Counted from the stretch's first letter, positions 9,689 through 18,291 are shown. The stretch: DNA of 41,366 nucleotides from an uncultured Atribacterota bacterium (GCA_964586485.1 CAZPII010000001.1:68334-109699), one strand, 5' to 3'. Numbers and translations: made by a program. Notes: a model not told the origin generated them from the sequence alone.

Positions 9689-10446
9689 ATAATTGTGATA
9701 AGGATAAAGTTTTTTATATTATACAAACATTTCTTACTGATAAGGAAAGAAGTCTTATTATTGATTATTATTATGATAATTATACTTCTCTTAGGAAAAT
9801 AGCTTTTATTTATAATATGAACCATACTACGGTAAAATATAATATTGATAAGATAATTAATAGAATTCAAGATTATCTTGATATTTATGACGAGCTAGAG
9901 GATATTTCAAATGATAATTTGTTTTTAATAAATTTAGATTGTTATGATGTTCAGATTTTGTTTTATATGATATTGCTGTATAATAATAAAACTATTAAAA
10001 AATTAATGAGAATAGGCTCTGATCATTTAGCTAAAAGAATTAAAAGAATTAAGAATCTTTTAGAGTTGGATTATCCAGTTATATATAATAAACTATTTTG
10101 TATGAGGAAGAAATTTATTAAGATGGGAGTTGCTTATATGTCTTTAACAGATTATGATTTTCCACTTTATACAATCAGAGATAAGAGCGGTAAGCTTTAT
10201 TCTTTAGAAAAAGAAAAAATATTATTATATAGTGATAAAAGAAAAGTCCTTGAGATCATTAGTGCTTCTAATAAAACATTAAAAAAACAAATTTATGATA
10301 TTTATATGATAGATAGTTTGGCTCATTTTATATCTGTTTTTAATAGGGGTAATGATTCATTTGAAATAGTGAAAGAAAGAGGTGAAAGAATTGTCATTGA
10401 TAATAAAAATATTGGTGAGCTTTCTCGATTTGATACCTCAAGATAA
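9679..10446 (+). CDS. HTH regulator with sigma-70 region-4-like motif(s)
   Basis: LTDKERSLIIDYYYDNYTSLRKIAFIYNMNHTTVKYNIDKIINRIQDYL fits the region 4.2 pattern. A second weaker copy is KTIKKLMRIGSDHLAKRIKRIKNLL. Confidence 0.4.
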   Translation: MLLDNCDKDKVFYIIQTFLTDKERSLIIDYYYDNYTSLRKIAFIYNMNHTTVKYNIDKIINRIQDYLDIYDELEDISNDNLFLINLDCYDVQILFYMILLYNNKTIKKLMRIGSDHLAKRIKRIKNLLELDYPVIYNKLFCMRKKFIKMGVAYMSLTDYDFPLYTIRDKSGKLYSLEKEKILLYSDKRKVLEIISASNKTLKKQIYDIYMIDSLAHFISVFNRGNDSFEIVKERGERIVIDNKNIGELSRFDTSR

Positions 10447-10684
10447 ATTAGAGCATTTTGGATATTATCGATTACAAAAAGATGATATTTTTGTTACTGA
10501 TTCAAAATATTGTTGTCTTTTCAGGAAGAGCGGCAGTAATAATAACATGATTGAAGAAGTAATTATTAGTGACGATTACGGTGGCGTTGTTTCGTTAACT
10601 GTATTCGAAGCACAAAATTTGTTTACTAGATTTTTTAAAGAGATAGAAAGGAAAAGATATAATGTTAGAAAGGTCAATAACTAA
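10382..10684 (+). CDS. hypothetical protein; start codon uncertain
   Basis: Open frame bridging the regulator gene and queD. It overlaps the upstream gene by 65 nt from its GTG start. The first in-frame ATG is only at about 10546. Confidence 0.3.
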   Translation: MKELSLIIKILVSFLDLIPQDKLEHFGYYRLQKDDIFVTDSKYCCLFRKSGSNNNMIEEVIISDDYGGVVSLTVFEAQNLFTRFFKEIERKRYNVRKVNN

Positions 10685-11066
10685 AATATTTAAATTTGAT
10701 TCAGCTCATTATTTGCCTTCCCATGATGGTAAATGCGCTAATTTACACGGCCACACTTATGAACTACATATTACTGTTTGTGGTAAATTATCTGAACATG
10801 GTCCAGAAAAAGGTATGATTATGGATTTTGGGCATTTAAAAAATGTGGTTAATAATGAAATTATTTCAAAACTTGACCATAAAAATTTAAATGAACTTTT
10901 TGAAAATCCAACCGCAGAAGTTATGTGTGATTGGATATATTGTCAGTTAAATTCTTCTTTTGGACTTAATGATTCTTCGCCTTTTGGTCTTAATTTTTAT
11001 TTAAAAAAAATAAGACTTTATGAGACACCTACTTCTTATTGCGAGATTGAGTTTAAACCATGTTAA
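10662..11066 (+). CDS. queD: 6-carboxy-5,6,7,8-tetrahydropterin synthase
   Basis: FKFDSAHYLP...DGKCANLHGHTYEL...LDHKNLNE are QueD/PTPS signature segments. Size is 134 aa. AAGGAA RBS. Confidence 0.85.
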   Translation: MLERSITKIFKFDSAHYLPSHDGKCANLHGHTYELHITVCGKLSEHGPEKGMIMDFGHLKNVVNNEIISKLDHKNLNELFENPTAEVMCDWIYCQLNSSFGLNDSSPFGLNFYLKKIRLYETPTSYCEIEFKPC

Positions 11067-11148
11067 ATCGTTAATTTATATAACATTTTATTTTATAATT
11101 CTAAAATTTGTTATAAAATATATTTGTTAATAAATTGAGGTAATAATT

Positions 11149-11391
11149 ATGTTTAATTTGCAAAGATTAAAAAATGATTTAAATCATTTAGATTTAAAAG
11201 ATACAATTAATTGGTCTAAAAGATTTATTGAAAGACGGGATCTTTATAAATCTTGCGAATTATGTAAAAGAGAAGCGTCTTATATTTTCTCCAGAACATC
11301 GAAAATATCAAATAATACATATGAACATGTTTTTTGTTTTTCCTGTTTAATGTATTATTTTAAAAATGAAGAATTTAAATTAGTTGGGTGA
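11149..11391 (+). CDS. small zinc-ribbon-like protein
   Basis: 80-aa ORF with a GAGG RBS. CELC...CFSC cysteine pairs. Confidence 0.5.
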   Translation: MFNLQRLKNDLNHLDLKDTINWSKRFIERRDLYKSCELCKREASYIFSRTSKISNNTYEHVFCFSCLMYYFKNEEFKLVG

Positions 11392-11393
11392 TT

Positions 11394-12035
11394 ATGAGAA
11401 AAAGTGGTTATATTCAAACTTACACAGGTGATGGAAAAGGTAAGACAACTGCTGCTTTTGGTATGTTATTAAGAGGTGTTTCTGAAAATTGGAAAATATA
11501 TGTAGTTCAATTTATGAAGGGGGATCCATTATTTGATTACGGTGAGATTAGGGCTTGTGAGAAGTTTAAAGATGTAAAAATTTATCAATGCAGGATGGAT
11601 GCAGCTCTTATTATAAAAATGCTTCAAGGTGATGCCGACGCAAAAAAAGAATGTTCTCAAAAAGCTCGTTATGCTTGGTCAAGATGTGTTAATGAAATTT
11701 TAAATAATGAATATGACTTAGTTTTAATGGATGAGATTTTGCCGGTTGTTGATAATAATTTGCTTGAAATTTCTGAATTAATTCATTTTTTAAAAAACAA
11801 ACCGGATTTATTAGAAGTTGTTTTGACTGGAAGAATGAAAAACCCTGAATTAATTAGTAATATCAGGCTTGTTTCGGATTATTGTACAAAAATGGATTGT
11901 TTAGAGCATCCATTTCATAAAAAATGTCCAAATTGTGGTCATATTTTTATAGGCGAAAAGGCAAGTTACATAGGGTGCCCTTATTGTCTTATTGAATTAG
12001 AGCAGGTTTTTGCTAGAAAAGGAATAGAGTTTTGA
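11394..12035 (+). CDS. CobA/CobO/BtuR-family P-loop protein (ATP:cob(I)alamin adenosyltransferase-like) with a zinc-ribbon insertion
   Basis: YTGDGKGKTTAAFG, VVQFMKG, LVLMDEI, EVVLTGR and the terminal ARKGIEF track E. coli BtuR (FTGNGKGKTTAAFG, VVQFIKG, VVLDEL, VIITGR, GIDY) along the whole length. CPNCGHIF...CPYC is inserted before the C-terminal motif. The ORF could also start at GTG 11388. Confidence 0.8.
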   Translation: MRKSGYIQTYTGDGKGKTTAAFGMLLRGVSENWKIYVVQFMKGDPLFDYGEIRACEKFKDVKIYQCRMDAALIIKMLQGDADAKKECSQKARYAWSRCVNEILNNEYDLVLMDEILPVVDNNLLEISELIHFLKNKPDLLEVVLTGRMKNPELISNIRLVSDYCTKMDCLEHPFHKKCPNCGHIFIGEKASYIGCPYCLIELEQVFARKGIEF

Positions 12036-12322
12036 TTTGTATTTTTAAGAAATCAGATAAAACAAATAGAATAGATGTTGATTTTGGTCTTGGTACTGTT
12101 GCTATTAGTTTATTTGATGATGATAAAACTTCTTTGGTACTTCACGTTTGTAAGCGTGTTTCCAAGAACGAAACTGGCAAAACTATAACATCTTTTTATA
12201 AAGATTTTCCAGCTTCACATGAAATTTTTTTAAATTTTATGTCCGTTGAATCAATAGATTATTTAATTAAAATGTTAAATATGTTAAAAGAAAGGAAATT
12301 AAATGATATCCAAAATAAATGA
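12032..12322 (+). CDS. hypothetical protein
   Basis: 96-aa ORF with a TTG start overlapping the upstream stop. No motif recognised. Confidence 0.4.
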   Translation: MICIFKKSDKTNRIDVDFGLGTVAISLFDDDKTSLVLHVCKRVSKNETGKTITSFYKDFPASHEIFLNFMSVESIDYLIKMLNMLKERKLNDIQNK

Positions 12323-12551
12323 ACATACAGATTTTTTACCAAGAGATTTAAGATTATGTATTGGTAAAGAAAAATTAAGATTTAATAATAAAATTATCGA
12401 TACGATAGGACCAGATGTTATTAATAATGAGGTTTTGAAGTTATTAATTTCAGAAATTTATGATGATGGTTTAAATATGGGATTTTATATTAAAGATAAA
12501 TTCAATGAGCTTAAAGGCGAGGGCTTTCAAGAAATGAGAAAAAATGGCTAA
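12303..12551 (+). CDS. hypothetical protein
   Basis: 82-aa ORF with an ATG after AAAGGAAA. Overlaps its neighbours. Confidence 0.45.
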   Translation: MISKINEHTDFLPRDLRLCIGKEKLRFNNKIIDTIGPDVINNEVLKLLISEIYDDGLNMGFYIKDKFNELKGEGFQEMRKNG

Positions 12552-13119
12552 GACAACAAATAATATAGATCTTTATAAGTCTAATCGTGATAATTGGCAA
12601 ACTCCACCATTTATTATTGAATGTTTGTTGAAACATTTTAAAATAAAGCGATTTGATTATGATTTGTGTTGTGATCAATTCAATATCCCTGCAAAACGTT
12701 ACATAACGAAAAACGGAATATATAGGTTAAAATTGAAGCAAAACAGTGTGATTAAGGTTTCTAATAATGATTATTTTAAATCTAATTTCAGTGGTTTGTG
12801 TTATATGAATCCTGTTTTTAAAATTACAGATAAATTTTTAAAAAAGCTGGTAGAAAATAAAAAAGACTGTAATGTTGTAGCTTTATTACCGGTTAGAACC
12901 AACTGTGTTTATTGGCATGATCTTGTTTTTAATAAAGCATCGGCTATATTTTTCTTTAAGAGGAAAATTAATTTTTATATAGATAATCATTCTGTTTGTG
13001 GTGACGGGAATCCTTCGCCTATATGTTTAGCATTTTATAATTTTAAATATGATAAAATAAAAGATATTTATTTTGAGAAACATGAGCTTGACGGAACTAT
13101 GATAAAATTGGAGAATTAA
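12544..13119 (+). CDS. phage Dam-family (N6-adenine DNA methyltransferase-like) protein with an atypical NPVF motif
   Basis: DNWQTPPFII, DYDLCCD, CYMNPVF, ALLPVRTNCVYWH and KINF follow the order of the phage N6A-methyltransferase family (W-x-TP ... D-x-D/A ... NPPY ... LLP-x-RT ... W). The catalytic tetrapeptide reads NPVF. Confidence 0.65.
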   Translation: MAKTTNNIDLYKSNRDNWQTPPFIIECLLKHFKIKRFDYDLCCDQFNIPAKRYITKNGIYRLKLKQNSVIKVSNNDYFKSNFSGLCYMNPVFKITDKFLKKLVENKKDCNVVALLPVRTNCVYWHDLVFNKASAIFFFKRKINFYIDNHSVCGDGNPSPICLAFYNFKYDKIKDIYFEKHELDGTMIKLEN

Positions 13120-13120
13120 T

Positions 13121-13768
13121 GTGTATAAAATTAATGAAATTTTTCAGTCAATACAAGGTGAAGGAAAAAATACCGGGCGTCCTTGTAATTTTATAAGATT
13201 TAGTGGATGTAATCTAAACTGTTCTTTTTGCGACACTGATCATTCTGAAAAATTATTGCTTAGTCCTGAAGCAATAAAAAATCATATTGATTTTTTTAAA
13301 CCAATTGTTTTTACAGGTGGTGAGCCGATTATAGTTGAGAGGCTGGATAAACTTATATCTTATTTAAAAGATTATGGTGGGAAATTATGGCTCGAAACTA
13401 ATGGTGTATTGGAATTTGATTATCAATTATTTAGATATGTCGCTTTGAGCCCTAAGTTTGTTAATGGTGATTTTTTAGTTAGTGAGTCTGCGTTAAAAAA
13501 TTGTGACGAAATTAAAATTGTTATCACTGAAGACTTTTTAACAGATGATAATCTTTTTATAAAAACCAGTATAAAACAAAAAATACTGGATCTTTGTACT
13601 GGGGCTTATAAATCAGGTTATAAAAATAAAGATATATTTTTACAACCTGATTATAGGAATTTAAGTGTTACAATGAACGCTATTAAAAGTCTCATTATGA
13701 CTGAAGGTAATGAATTTTGTTTAATGAGACTTGGAACACAATTGCATAAATATATAGGAGTTAGATAA
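13121..13768 (+). CDS. queE: 7-carboxy-7-deazaguanine synthase (radical SAM)
   Basis: INEIFQSIQGEGKNTGRPCNFIRFSGCNLNCSFCDT is the QueE N-terminal signature with the Cys cluster. GTG start 7 nt after GGAG. Confidence 0.85.
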   Translation: MYKINEIFQSIQGEGKNTGRPCNFIRFSGCNLNCSFCDTDHSEKLLLSPEAIKNHIDFFKPIVFTGGEPIIVERLDKLISYLKDYGGKLWLETNGVLEFDYQLFRYVALSPKFVNGDFLVSESALKNCDEIKIVITEDFLTDDNLFIKTSIKQKILDLCTGAYKSGYKNKDIFLQPDYRNLSVTMNAIKSLIMTEGNEFCLMRLGTQLHKYIGVR

Positions 13769-14343
13769 TGAATATTAATGATATCTCTAAAATAAAAGAC
13801 ATTATTCATAATGATGTATTTAAATGCTTTGGAGAAAAATATTGCTTTAACGAGGAAGAGATAACTAATACTCCTCTAAGGATTGTTAAAATGTTTATTA
13901 ATGAATATTTTAGCGGCCTTAAAGACGACCCGGAAGAAATTTTATCTAAAACATTTAAATCTGATTCAAATGATATAGTGATGCAAAGGGATATACCATT
14001 TTGTTCAGTCTGCGCTCATCATATGGTTCCGTTTCGTGGCTATGCTCATATAGGTTATATTCCTGATAATAATATTGTTGGTCTTTCAAAACTTGGTCGT
14101 CTCGTTGATTGTTTCGCCAGAAGGCCGCAATTGCAGGAAAAGATGACTTATGAAATTGCTGAATCACTTATGCAACATTTAAAACCGTTAGGTTGTATGG
14201 TTATAATTAAAGCAGAGCATCTTTGTGTTACAACTAGAGGCGTAAGGAAGCCCGGCAGTGAAACAGTGACATCTGCTGTTCGTGGCATATTTAAAGATAG
14301 TAGTGGTGTTAGACAAGAATTTTTGGAGTTACTTAAGCTTTGA
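13768..14343 (+). CDS. folE: GTP cyclohydrolase I
   Basis: CSVCAHHMVPFRGYAHIGYIP, VGLSKLGRLVDCFARRPQLQEKMT and EHLCVTTRGVRKPGS are FolE signatures. TAATG coupling to queE. Confidence 0.9.
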   Translation: MNINDISKIKDIIHNDVFKCFGEKYCFNEEEITNTPLRIVKMFINEYFSGLKDDPEEILSKTFKSDSNDIVMQRDIPFCSVCAHHMVPFRGYAHIGYIPDNNIVGLSKLGRLVDCFARRPQLQEKMTYEIAESLMQHLKPLGCMVIIKAEHLCVTTRGVRKPGSETVTSAVRGIFKDSSGVRQEFLELLKL

Positions 14344-14516
14344 TTAAATCGTTAGAAACTTTATTTCATTTTCAATGTCAAAAATGCTCTAAATGGTGGA
14401 GTATTGGTGATTTCCATATTATATATCAATCTAATATTTATTGCCCATTTTGTAAAGAGGGTTTTTATATCAGTTCTGATTATTTAAAGGAGAATAAGAA
14501 TGAATCAAGAGATTAA
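14340..14516 (+). CDS. candidate unannotated small zinc-ribbon ORF (TTG start)
   Basis: Hand translation gives LIKSLETLFHFQCQKCSKWWSIGDFHIIYQSNIYCPFCKEGFYISSDYLKENKNESRD*. GGAG lies about 12 nt upstream of the TTG. It fills the otherwise empty 156-nt gap after folE. No in-frame ATG, so it is absent from the ORF track. Confidence 0.3.
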   Translation: MIKSLETLFHFQCQKCSKWWSIGDFHIIYQSNIYCPFCKEGFYISSDYLKENKNESRD

Positions 14517-14748
14517 TTCGGTTGAGGTTTTTGAAATCGGTGGTGAACCTGAATTTCTTGTGCCTGAACCCGCTAGCGAAACCTCTGTTTCAAAAGAGAA
14601 ACAGTTCGCTAATCAACTAATTGATAGGAAAACTAAGCTGAATTTAAATGATGAGGCGTATTTGACACCAAAACAAAGACGTGTTCTTAAAAAATCTCTT
14701 AAATTGAAAAAATCTAAGAAACTTGGAGATAAGAAAATAAGGATTTAA
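14500..14748 (+). CDS. hypothetical small protein with an acidic N-terminus and a lysine-rich C-terminus
   Basis: 82-aa ORF with an AAGGAG RBS. C-terminal KQRRVLKKSLKLKKSKKLGDKKIRI. Confidence 0.5.
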   Translation: MNQEINSVEVFEIGGEPEFLVPEPASETSVSKEKQFANQLIDRKTKLNLNDEAYLTPKQRRVLKKSLKLKKSKKLGDKKIRI

Positions 14749-14751
14749 TAT

Positions 14752-16173
14752 ATGTGTAATATTTGTGGAGCTTTTAATTTTTCATCTAAAATAACAAAAT
14801 TTAAATTTGATTTAGTTAGAAATATTTTAAATCAAATAGCTTTAGATGGAAATATTAGGGGTTCTGATTCATTTGGCATTTTTGCCGATATTGATAATGA
14901 AAATAAAAATAGTGTTTATAAGGGCGTAGGTCTTTATGATAATGAAATATATAATGAACAGTTTAACAGTGTTGATTTTAGATGTATATTAATTCATAAC
15001 AGGGCTATACCCACAACTGAAATGGTTTTAGGTCAATATTTTAAAACCCAGCCATTTTTTAGCAATGATAAACAGTGTGTTTGTATTCATAATGGTATTG
15101 TTTCTAATGATAAGGATTTGATACAATCATATAATTTAAACCCAGAATGCTCTATAGATTCTGCTGTTATACCAGAGTTTTATTCAAAGTTTTCTAATTT
15201 ATTTTTTAGTTCTAGTTTGGATGGTAGTTTTGCGCTAGCTATTTATGATTATAAGAAATTAGTTTTATTGAGAAATTATAAACCATTAAGGCTATTACGA
15301 AGTGATAAACTTGGTGTTTATATTTTTTCAAGTTATTTTTCTCAATTAACACTTGAAGATCTTATTGATAATTTTGATTTTAAAGAAATAGAATTTCCAC
15401 CATATACGGGTTATATTATTTCAAAAAATGATAAATATTTAGTCCAAAAAAATATTGAACCTATTAAATCTAATCAAGCTGTTGTTTTGTGTTCTGGCGG
15501 TCTTGATTCGGCTGTAACAACTCATATTGCTTGTGAAAAACATGGCGCGCATAATGTTACACTTTTATATTTTGTTTATGATTGTAACTCACAGATACCA
15601 GAGATTAGTGCAGTAAAAAATTTGGCAAACTTTTATGGATGTAAATATAAAAAAATCGATATCAATTTAAAACAATATGATTCTTCATCAAATTTATTTG
15701 TTAAAAATTCAGTTGAACAAGGTCTGTCCGGCGCCGAGACGCCTCATGAATGGGTAGTTGCTAGAAATACTGTTTTTATCAGTAATGCGGCTGCTTATTG
15801 TGATGCAAACAATATAAGTTCTATATATTTAGGATTGAATTTAGAAGAGGCTGGTGTTTATAAAGATAACACCGTAGAGTTTGTAGAACTTTTTAATAAA
15901 TTATTAAAATTTGGCAGTCAAAGGATGCCGGAAATCTATTGCCCGCTTCAATATTCAGTTAAACATGAAATTGTTTCAGTTGGAATAAAATTAGATGTGC
16001 CTTTGCATTTATCTTTTAGTTGTTATGATCCTATTATAACTGAAATGTCTAATACAATATTATGTGAGCCATGCAATAAATGTGGCTCTTGTTATTTAAG
16101 AGAAAAAGCATTTGAAATGAATAATATAACCGATCCTTATATTGTTAAAAGCGCTATTGTAGAAAGGAAATAG
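14752..16173 (+). CDS. queC: class-II (Ntn, Cys2) glutamine amidotransferase fused to 7-cyano-7-deazaguanine synthase (Gat-QueC)
   Basis: N-terminus MCNICGAF plus IHNGIVSND (Ntn amidotransferase). C-terminal half has the PP-loop VVLCSGGLDSAV (nt ~15494-15511) and the QueC zinc cluster SFSCYDP...CEPCNKCGSCYLREKAF. Confidence 0.85.
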   Translation: MCNICGAFNFSSKITKFKFDLVRNILNQIALDGNIRGSDSFGIFADIDNENKNSVYKGVGLYDNEIYNEQFNSVDFRCILIHNRAIPTTEMVLGQYFKTQPFFSNDKQCVCIHNGIVSNDKDLIQSYNLNPECSIDSAVIPEFYSKFSNLFFSSSLDGSFALAIYDYKKLVLLRNYKPLRLLRSDKLGVYIFSSYFSQLTLEDLIDNFDFKEIEFPPYTGYIISKNDKYLVQKNIEPIKSNQAVVLCSGGLDSAVTTHIACEKHGAHNVTLLYFVYDCNSQIPEISAVKNLANFYGCKYKKIDINLKQYDSSSNLFVKNSVEQGLSGAETPHEWVVARNTVFISNAAAYCDANNISSIYLGLNLEEAGVYKDNTVEFVELFNKLLKFGSQRMPEIYCPLQYSVKHEIVSVGIKLDVPLHLSFSCYDPIITEMSNTILCEPCNKCGSCYLREKAFEMNNITDPYIVKSAIVERK

Positions 16174-16178
16174 GTATT

Positions 16179-17219
16179 ATGAAAAGAAAAGAAAAATTAT
16201 ATATAGTAGGTAATTTTTATCATCATAATGATACTATTTTAAAACCTATTTTAAATCAGGCTATTGATAGCGATTATTTTAAAGAAATAGAATGGGTTGA
16301 TCCAAAAAACTATGGATATATTGACGATGATAGGTCTTACTCTTATTGGTCTGATCCTATATTGACATATAATTTTTGGAACGCTCAAATAAAAGGATTG
16401 CTTGGCGTTAATGGAGAGAAACTTGTTGATAATTCTTCTATTTTATTATTAGAGTTTTGGAATCCTTTAATTGAAATAGTCAGATATTTTATTGACGCTA
16501 AAGGTTTGAAGGATATTATATTCTCTGCAATTATGCATAGTAGTTGTAATATACCACTTGATCATGGTCAATACCTCCAAAATTGGGGTTATTTTAGTGA
16601 AGCTAGTTGGCAAAAATGTTTAGATAAAATATTTGTTACCGATTCGCAATCTTATAAATATTGTGAGTTCAATAATGCTATTGTTTCTTATTTACCATAT
16701 GATAGCGACTGGACCCCTTGTGATAAAAAAAATCAGGTTGTTGCTTGTATTTCTAATGACAAGAGAAGTAGTTATATGTTTTTTAGATTTAAAGAATTTG
16801 TTGAAAGAACAGATCCTGATTTAAAATTTATTATTGCTTCTCCAAAAACTCATAATAATTATTTCATTGAATTGCCAGATGGTGTTGAGAGATTATATTT
16901 AGACAGGAAAGAATATAATAAATTATTAGCTGAATCTAAATATTATTTTTGCTGGACTCATTTTGATAATTTTTGTCATGCAACGCTTGAGGCGTTTTTT
17001 AATAGGTGCTCTATGATTTTAAATCCTTATCCTTATCATAATGAAATATATCCTTATAGATATATTTATTCTAATATAGAAGAGGATTGGTGTAATGCTA
17101 TTGGCTCATCTGGTCCGCTTCCTGAAGAAATTGAATCTGTCAAACGTTTATTAGGAAAACCAGAAAAACTTATAGTTGATAATTTATATTACTCAGATTT
17201 AATCAGGAATTATTCGTAA
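16179..17219 (+). CDS. GT-B-fold glycosyltransferase-like protein, paralog 1
   Basis: 346 aa, the same length as the next gene. It shares FWNPLIE, H-S-S, YLPYD and LEAFF motifs with that gene. DNFCHATLEAFFNRCSMIL resembles a degenerate E-x7-E GT4 motif. Confidence 0.5.
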   Translation: MKRKEKLYIVGNFYHHNDTILKPILNQAIDSDYFKEIEWVDPKNYGYIDDDRSYSYWSDPILTYNFWNAQIKGLLGVNGEKLVDNSSILLLEFWNPLIEIVRYFIDAKGLKDIIFSAIMHSSCNIPLDHGQYLQNWGYFSEASWQKCLDKIFVTDSQSYKYCEFNNAIVSYLPYDSDWTPCDKKNQVVACISNDKRSSYMFFRFKEFVERTDPDLKFIIASPKTHNNYFIELPDGVERLYLDRKEYNKLLAESKYYFCWTHFDNFCHATLEAFFNRCSMILNPYPYHNEIYPYRYIYSNIEEDWCNAIGSSGPLPEEIESVKRLLGKPEKLIVDNLYYSDLIRNYS

Positions 17220-17247
17220 TTAAGTACTTAGATTAAAAGGAGGCTTT

Positions 17248-18288
17248 ATGAGGAAAGTGTATGTTTTGGGTAATCTTGGACTACATGGATCAACAATAGT
17301 TGATAAAATTACTTCTTATTTATCAACTGCCGTTCAGACTGAGGTGAGGTATAGTTGTGAATTTACTGGTGATACTAAACCTTGGAAGCTTCAATCTTTA
17401 GATCCAAATATTATTCTAAATTTTCAACATGTTTTAGAGCTTGATTTTTTTAATTCGCCAAGCACTATATTTTTTCCTGAGTTTTGGAATCCTTTAATTG
17501 AAACAGCAAGGATTTATGTTAATAATTACAAAAAAGATGTAAAATTAGTTGCTTTACACCATGGCTCAAGTCATGTTAATGGTGATCTTATGGCGACTAG
17601 TGTTGGAGAAGATTTATCAAGACATATGGAGTATTCTTGGTTAGCTTGTTTAGATTATTTATTAGTTGGCTCTCGATATGCAAAAGATTGTATTGTTAAA
17701 ATTCATCCTGAGTTTGAAAGTAAAATTATAGTTACTTATTTACCCTTTGATCCGCCAAAATTTATTGAGCGCAAAGAATATGCAGAAATAATTAAACCCA
17801 GTGGAAAAATATTGTTTCCTCACAGATTGTCGCAAGATAAGAATTGGGAAAGTGTTTATAATTTTATAAAATATGTTTTGAAACGTAAGGATCTTTATTT
17901 TACCACTGATGATTTTATTGTTTGTACTCCGATTGAGCCGCGCTATGCAATAAGGGAGATGTTTTCAAAACTTGGTGTTAGTATTAAGGCTTATAGCAGG
18001 AAACAATTTCATAATCAAATGTATTCTTGTCGTTATGTTTATAGTGATGCGTTGCAAGAAACATTTGGTTATTCTGTTTTAGAAGCATTTTTTAGCGGAT
18101 GTATACCGGTTTTAAGTCAACACCCGTTGTATCAAGAATTTTTCGGTTATGATATGTTATTTGAACCTGATAATCATTGTGATATTATTGAAAAAATGAA
18201 AAATTTAACTTATCCTTATATTATTAGAGATAGGTTGTTTAAACTTTTTGATTCAGCAGAGGAAAACATTGCTAAAATTTTGGTGTGA
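17248..18288 (+). CDS. GT-B-fold (GT4-like) glycosyltransferase, paralog 2
   Basis: ETFGYSVLEAFFSGCIPVLSQHPLYQEFF matches the C-terminal E-x7-E nucleotide-sugar-binding motif of GT1/GT4 enzymes. AAGGAGG RBS. Confidence 0.6.
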   Translation: MRKVYVLGNLGLHGSTIVDKITSYLSTAVQTEVRYSCEFTGDTKPWKLQSLDPNIILNFQHVLELDFFNSPSTIFFPEFWNPLIETARIYVNNYKKDVKLVALHHGSSHVNGDLMATSVGEDLSRHMEYSWLACLDYLLVGSRYAKDCIVKIHPEFESKIIVTYLPFDPPKFIERKEYAEIIKPSGKILFPHRLSQDKNWESVYNFIKYVLKRKDLYFTTDDFIVCTPIEPRYAIREMFSKLGVSIKAYSRKQFHNQMYSCRYVYSDALQETFGYSVLEAFFSGCIPVLSQHPLYQEFFGYDMLFEPDNHCDIIEKMKNLTYPYIIRDRLFKLFDSAEENIAKILV

Positions 18289-18291
18289 TTT

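Noticed and set aside
10447-14499. preQ1 riboswitch upstream of the que genes.
   Set aside because: The intergenic spaces in the island are very short and I could not recognise a preQ1-I/II-like consensus. This needs an Rfam scan to exclude formally.
16633-16824. Nested + strand ORFs 16633-16824 and 18410-18784.
   Set aside because: They are out-of-frame ORFs inside the GT-like and dpdA genes. They have no RBS and junk-like sequence.
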